Made by a program: the position numbers and the translations under genes. From a virus (Duplodnaviria > Caudoviricetes), in IMG/VR virus record IMGVR_UViG_3300012953_000043, positions 1 to 52,410 of that record: a stretch of DNA of 52,410 bases. One strand, given 5' to 3'. A model generated the notes under the pieces. That model was not told where the DNA came from. It ran no database searches and saw only the letters and a program-made list of their open reading frames with translations. Position 1 is the first letter of the stretch. Each line of letters opens with the position of its first letter. Below, in pieces: positions 47,875 through 52,410 of this stretch.

Positions 47875-50328
47875 TTATTGGAATCCATTTTGCATTACAC
47901 CATATAAATTACTTCCATCACAAATAAAAGTTAAAACATCTACTACTGTACCTGGCGCTCCAACCGGTGTTAATGTAGGTACCACACCACCTGGCCATTT
48001 CCAATTTCCTGGTCCAAAGTTTAAAGTCCATGCCGCACTTTGTGGATGGCTAATTGTCATTATATAAGTACCTGGTGCTATATTAGTAGGAAAGTCTAAA
48101 GTAAACGATGCTGGACCAATTAATGTTCCATCTACGAATATGGATACTATATCTCCTAAATCCATATTCGGTGCTACAGTAGCTAAATCACCTACATTAA
48201 TATATGTGTTTTGAGAGGCTATTGTTTGACCAAAGAATTGTGTTCTTTCAAACTCAAACAAGCAAGTGCTTGGGTCTAGCGATGGTGATGTACTGGGGTT
48301 ATTAAATCCAGTTATAGTTAAATCTTTATCTACTTGTATTTGACTAGGTAATCCACCTCCGTTTGTTGGTGACACAAGCTCTATTGATGGGTTTGGAGCA
48401 CCACCGTTGTCAAAAGCTACTTGGAAAGTAGCATCAGTAGTGATAGTATGTTTGTGACCTAGACCAACTGAATCTAAAATAGGTACTCCACTATATACTG
48501 GTGGATTTGGCCAATACGTTGCATTAAAACCTATTCTTCCATCTGTACCAATACTCACATTTCTACCTCCTGCAAGTGCAGATCCACCACCAACGACTAC
48601 ATTATCGAAGTTTTCTTGAAAACCAATGTCTCCTATTATTGTATAATTACCTAATTGATCATTAAAAGAGCCATAACTAACCCCTTTGTTACCAACAACA
48701 GTAGTATAACACTGTCCAGCTCCAAAAGTGTTAGGGAAAAACTCAATACTTTCACCAATTGTTACGTATCTACCATCTTCTGGATCAAATGGGCTTGCAA
48801 TTGGCCCTAAAACCTTTGTTTTTGCACCAATACTAACGTTTCCTGCGCCATATGCAGCGCTATCAGTACCAATTACCAAACTTTGATCTGGAAAAGTTGT
48901 AGGAGTTTGAATTAATTGAGCTCCTTGACCTATTGCAATAGATTCTATGGCATCACTAACATCAGCATGTTGACCAATTAGCACATTATTGAACCCGTTT
49001 ATCAATCCAGCGGAAGGAACAGTTGAACTAGGTGGTCCACCATCCGCAACTTCAAATCCAATTGCTACATTTCCTGAAGCAACTGTTGCTACCCAAGCAG
49101 CATTATGTCCAATAGCTGTGTTTGTTTCGCCACCATCTAAATCTTCTAAACTTCTGCCACCCATCGCTACATTAAAAGATCCAGAATATTCATTTCCAAG
49201 ACCATCTAAAGCAACACCAGTGTTGTTAGTTAAACTATTAAAACCAACAGCAACGTTTTGACCGTATTGATAGTTAAACGTAGTAGGGAATACTGTTGAG
49301 GTACCAAATAGTTTAAGAGCGTCATTACCTATAGCTACACTTTCATTGTTGTTCTCAACATTGCTTACTGACGCTATTGAAACAATACAGTTATTATCAC
49401 CGCCAGGAACTGTTATAGTTTCTCCTACGTTGTAGCCAGTTCCACCTGATACAATAGTTATATTACCTATTCTCCCAAATGGACTACCATCAAGTATCCA
49501 TTCTATCTCTAATCCTTCACCTGATCCAGATGTTGTAGTCACAAGAGTAGGTCCTGTCGATGCTGCGTAACCTGTTCCGTCAGGAAGACCACTAAGATCT
49601 AAAGATAATATAGCTCCTTCATAACTAATTAATCCAGAGTTTGCTAATGCGTTTAAACCTAAAGAAACAGAATCTGTATCAAATTTGTGGTTAGATAATA
49701 TAGTACCGCCTTTAGTTCCACCTACATGTACATTTCTTAGTCCTTGATTATTATTGTTTATTGGAATATACCAAGATGAATTGTTAGTAGGTAAACCAGC
49801 AAGTACAGGATTAGTTCCAAATTGTATTTGACCAGAATCAAACTTTACTACTGTATCCCATTCTAAAGCACTTGCGCTATCTTGTGGTAATCTCGTACCT
49901 AACGTCCACGTGTGTAATGTTTCTGTTACGTTGTTCCATAAATTCGTTGTCCAGTCTCCGTCAAACCATAGATCTCTAGATGCAATATTACCATCTAACC
50001 CTTGATCTTCCATGTTGACAGTGTACTGTTTAGTTACTGCATCGTACGATGTTGTGAATGTAATAGATCCTCCGGCTGACGTGAAGTTTAATGTTGAATC
50101 AACTTCATCTGCAACTACTTCTGGAAATAAAGAAGCTGGGACACCGTTAGAACTGAATGTCATTTTTTGCCAGGCTTTATCTGCAAATACTGTTCCTCCA
50201 CCTAACCATGCAGCTAGAGCTCCTAGAGTAGTATTTCTCGTAGCGTTTTTATTATTTGCTTGAGAAATTACTATAGTATCGTTAATATCTAAGTCAGTAA
50301 CGGCTGGATATGTATATATTATTGCCAT
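47875..50328 (-). CDS. Tail fibre/adhesin with YadA-head-like repeats
   Basis: Many SVAIG/NVAVG/NTAIG/NVSIG repeats; C-terminal WPGGVVPTLT...DVLTFICDG. Confidence 0.7.
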   Translation of the reverse strand: MAIIYTYPAVTDLDINDTIVISQANNKNATRNTTLGALAAWLGGGTVFADKAWQKMTFSSNGVPASLFPEVVADEVDSTLNFTSAGGSITFTTSYDAVTKQYTVNMEDQGLDGNIASRDLWFDGDWTTNLWNNVTETLHTWTLGTRLPQDSASALEWDTVVKFDSGQIQFGTNPVLAGLPTNNSSWYIPINNNNQGLRNVHVGGTKGGTILSNHKFDTDSVSLGLNALANSGLISYEGAILSLDLSGLPDGTGYAASTGPTLVTTTSGSGEGLEIEWILDGSPFGRIGNITIVSGGTGYNVGETITVPGGDNNCIVSIASVSNVENNNESVAIGNDALKLFGTSTVFPTTFNYQYGQNVAVGFNSLTNNTGVALDGLGNEYSGSFNVAMGGRSLEDLDGGETNTAIGHNAAWVATVASGNVAIGFEVADGGPPSSTVPSAGLINGFNNVLIGQHADVSDAIESIAIGQGAQLIQTPTTFPDQSLVIGTDSAAYGAGNVSIGAKTKVLGPIASPFDPEDGRYVTIGESIEFFPNTFGAGQCYTTVVGNKGVSYGSFNDQLGNYTIIGDIGFQENFDNVVVGGGSALAGGRNVSIGTDGRIGFNATYWPNPPVYSGVPILDSVGLGHKHTITTDATFQVAFDNGGAPNPSIELVSPTNGGGLPSQIQVDKDLTITGFNNPSTSPSLDPSTCLFEFERTQFFGQTIASQNTYINVGDLATVAPNMDLGDIVSIFVDGTLIGPASFTLDFPTNIAPGTYIMTISHPQSAAWTLNFGPGNWKWPGGVVPTLTPVGAPGTVVDVLTFICDGSNLYGVMQNGFQ

Positions 50329-50338
50329 TGTCTATTTT

Positions 50339-50542
50339 TTATGTATAATGTTCTTCTACAAACTCGTTGTTATCATCAAACCCTCCAAGTCCATCGTTCT
50401 TTTTTGGAATTTTATGTTCAGCTAATACATTTGTTAATCCACTTAAACCTGTAGCACTATTATTAGTGACTTTTTTAAGTTCTTTTGCAGTCATCGAGTA
50501 ACGATCTTCTACAAATTCGTTGTTATAATCAAAATCGGCCAT
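50339..50542 (-). CDS. Hypothetical protein with terminal repeats; first gene of the late block
   Basis: FDYNNEFVEDRY and FDDNNEFVEEHY; 29-bp DNA repeat at 50352-50380 and 50505-50533. Confidence 0.6.
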   Translation of the reverse strand: MADFDYNNEFVEDRYSMTAKELKKVTNNSATGLSGLTNVLAEHKIPKKNDGLGGFDDNNEFVEEHYT

Positions 50543-50735
50543 TTTGTTTTTATTTTAGTATTAATATTTTTCTTTGTGTACATTAGTAGCTATTCACAGG
50601 TATTTACTGTTTTTTACAAAATATTAGATATATAGAAGTTAGGGGTTACCCCTATCCCCCTATCTTTCCAACTACTAGGAAAACGCTTTTCCCATTTGAC
50701 CCCCGCCTTTGTTTTAAAACCCACAACGATATTTT

Positions 50736-50970
50736 TTGGCCTTTTTCCTCCCATCCCCTCCCCTCCCTAGGCTTTCACCTTTTACTATCTATCCCTCACC
50801 CCTCCCATCCTATCAGATCCATCCATTCGATCTTATCCTATCCCTATCCCTATCCCTGTCCTTATCCCCTCTCCCCTCTCCCCCTCTCCCCTGTCTATCC
50901 AATCCCCATCCCAACCTCATCACCCCACCCCACCCCCACCCCTCCTATCCCCTCCCCCTCCCTCCCCTTT
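50736..50970. repeat. Polypyrimidine C-rich low-complexity tract with tandem TATCCC, CCCCTCT and CCCCA units
   Basis: Directly visible; almost no G on the + strand. Confidence 0.9.
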
Positions 50971-50978
50971 GAACTAAG

Positions 50979-51012
50979 TAACTACGATGTCATTAAGATA
51001 ATAATAATATAA
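50979..51012 (+). promoter_or_regulatory. Early promoter-like motif, copy 1
   Basis: TAACTACGA-tgtcatta-AGATAATAATAATATAA; ATG 26 nt downstream. Confidence 0.7.
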
Positions 51013-51038
51013 TAACTTAATAACTTAAATAACTTAAT

Positions 51039-51149
51039 ATGACAGATTTAATAATAATGATGATTGCAGCTCTACTAGCTCTAACTCCATACATTCTCGT
51101 AGAAATAATAGATTTAATTAAAAAATTAATAAATAAATTTACTAAGTAA
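51039..51149 (+). CDS. Small hydrophobic peptide (36 aa)
   Basis: MTDLIIMMIAALLALTPYILVEIIDLIKKLINKFTK*; stop codon is the TAA of motif copy 2. Confidence 0.55.
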   Translation: MTDLIIMMIAALLALTPYILVEIIDLIKKLINKFTK

Positions 51150-51180
51150 ACACGACCTCAACAAGATAATAATAATATAA
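51147..51180 (+). promoter_or_regulatory. Early promoter-like motif, copy 2
   Basis: TAAACACGA-cctcaaca-AGATAATAATAATATAA; ATG 25 nt downstream. Confidence 0.7.
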
Positions 51181-51205
51181 TAATAATAAATAAAAAATAA
51201 ATAAT

Positions 51206-51304
51206 ATGAATAAAATTAAATTAATAACTTTCAACTTCGCACTCGTTCTTTTCATCGTTAACATTATAAACTTCGTTTATCAATTAATTAAAATAACAAT
51301 GTAA
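51206..51304 (+). CDS. Small hydrophobic peptide (32 aa)
   Basis: MNKIKLITFNFALVLFIVNIINFVYQLIKITM*; stop codon is the TAA of motif copy 3. Confidence 0.55.
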   Translation: MNKIKLITFNFALVLFIVNIINFVYQLIKITM

Positions 51305-51335
51305 ATACGACTTCATTAAGATAATATAAATATAA
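51302..51335 (+). promoter_or_regulatory. Early promoter-like motif, copy 3
   Basis: TAAATACGA-cttcatta-AGATAATATAAATATAA; ATG 26 nt downstream. Confidence 0.7.
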
Positions 51336-51361
51336 ATAAATAACTAATAAAAATAAATAAT

Positions 51362-51577
51362 ATGATTAATACAATTAAAAAAACTCGATTCATTCTTTCT
51401 AACTCTTTACTTGGTAAAAACTTAGTAATACATTTCACAAACAAAAAAGGCGAAAGCTTTTCTTACGATCACGATAAAGTGTTTGCTAAAAACCAAGATC
51501 GTTTATTGAGTATGAATTGTTTCATTAAGTATGGTAATTATACTAATACTAATAAATTACCAAGCTGGGCGAAGTAA
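51362..51577 (+). CDS. Early hypothetical protein
   Basis: ORF track; behind motif copy 3. Confidence 0.7.
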   Translation: MINTIKKTRFILSNSLLGKNLVIHFTNKKGESFSYDHDKVFAKNQDRLLSMNCFIKYGNYTNTNKLPSWAK

Positions 51578-51668
51578 AGTAACTCAGTTTCAAAGTCCAG
51601 TTAGTTCTCACTGTTCACTGGTTTATCAAATATGAATTTATGCAACACAAACTTTAAAAAATAAATAT

Positions 51669-51923
51669 ATGAATCACTTCAATTTAGATCAATTAAGAGC
51701 TGACGCAGCTCAACACTTCACAGACTATCAACTGTTCTCAATGACCTCAACTCAGTTCGATCTCGTAATAGATTTCATGATCGAAGCTCTGATTGGTGAA
51801 GACCATCTCGATATTATGAAAACTAACCGACATGCTCAAATAGTATTCAAACCTATAACAGAATACTGTGTGCATGGTCAATACCTTCGAACATTTCATA
51901 GCCTTAAAAACTATGTATGGTAA
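51669..51923 (+). CDS. Early hypothetical protein
   Basis: ORF track; A-rich leader. Confidence 0.65.
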   Translation: MNHFNLDQLRADAAQHFTDYQLFSMTSTQFDLVIDFMIEALIGEDHLDIMKTNRHAQIVFKPITEYCVHGQYLRTFHSLKNYVW

Positions 51924-51930
51924 TGCAAAC

Positions 51931-51964
51931 TAAATACGACTATAAATAGATAATATAAATATAA
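51931..51964 (+). promoter_or_regulatory. Early promoter-like motif, copy 4
   Basis: TAAATACGA-ctataaat-AGATAATATAAATATAA; ATG 27 nt downstream. Confidence 0.7.
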
Positions 51965-51991
51965 TAACTAATATAAATAAAATAAATAAAT

Positions 51992-52237
51992 ATGCTAGAT
52001 TTAACTAAATTACCTCAACTAAATAGAAACTCAGAATATTTAATCGACAACTCAGATTACTCTGAATTATACGAAAGACTAAACTGGAAAACTGAAGATT
52101 ACCTCATCGTCTACTCTTATAACTCAGACTTTCTAGATACTATAGTAGAACTAATATCTTTTAATATAGAATTCGCTCATGTCGCTTGTCACTTGTCTGA
52201 TGAATCATATTTACTAATTGATATTACTCAAGCATAA
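51992..52237 (+). CDS. Early acidic hypothetical protein
   Basis: ORF track; behind motif copy 4. Confidence 0.65.
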   Translation: MLDLTKLPQLNRNSEYLIDNSDYSELYERLNWKTEDYLIVYSYNSDFLDTIVELISFNIEFAHVACHLSDESYLLIDITQA

Positions 52238-52410
52238 TTAATAAAACTATGACAATAGCCTATTATTAGGTTACTATATAATGCTAATGTCACACTATTA
52301 AATACTAATATTTTAATATATCTTGTAAGATATTGAGATATCAAGTGTTAAACTATAAACTAAAAATAAACTAATTAATAAATATACACCTTTAAAATGA
52401 ATAAATATAA

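Noticed and set aside
3097-50263. Numerous + strand ORFs antisense to late genes (e.g. 8240, 13295, 18974, 22003, 31213, 44772)
   Set aside because: Shadow frames of long - strand genes, with no motifs or plausible leaders
50736-50972. 78-aa Pro/Leu/Ser ORF
   Set aside because: By-product of the C-rich low-complexity tract; TTG start and atypical composition
51596-51623. CCAGT...ACTGG hairpin after an early gene
   Set aside because: Stem is short and imperfect, too weak to call a terminator
50979-51964. Repeats as a CRISPR array
   Set aside because: Repeats have a variable core, intervals are long and irregular and contain ORFs, and no cas genes are present
1-52410. Stop-codon recoding, tRNAs, integrase, introns/inteins, diversity-generating retroelement
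   Set aside because: Standard code gives dense uninterrupted ORFs; no cloverleaf, recombinase, reverse transcriptase or intein motifs noticed by eye

Overview
AT-rich segment of a lytic dsDNA tailed phage genome, most likely a podovirus of marine Bacteroidota (Flavobacteriia). The host inference rests on A/T-rich leaders without Shine-Dalgarno sites, a Bacteroidota-style secreted-protein gene and a crAss-like order of head and tail genes. The left end (1-2890, + strand) holds the end of the DNA-metabolism module: a T7 endonuclease I-like nuclease and a class II ribonucleotide reductase, closed by a bidirectional terminator. About 47 kb on the - strand (2986-50542) encode late functions: tail fibres, GroEL/GroES plus a second tandem GroES-like protein, amidase and holin, terminase, portal, scaffold, major capsid, ring and muzzle proteins, ejection proteins, a 3640-aa polyvalent protein and a putative T9SS-cargo-like protein. 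At ~50600-50970 a divergent junction contains short hairpins and an extreme C-rich (G-quadruplex-prone) tract. It is followed on the + strand by short early-type ORFs, four of which sit 25-27 nt behind a conserved 34-bp motif (TAAMYACGA-N8-AGATAATAWWAATATAA). The most interesting hypothesis is that the giant, probably injected, protein carries a sigma-70 region-2-like (and perhaps region-4-like) segment plus zincin and HAD-like domains, and that it activates these non-host-like early promoters. All family calls come from recognising motifs by eye; no searches were run.
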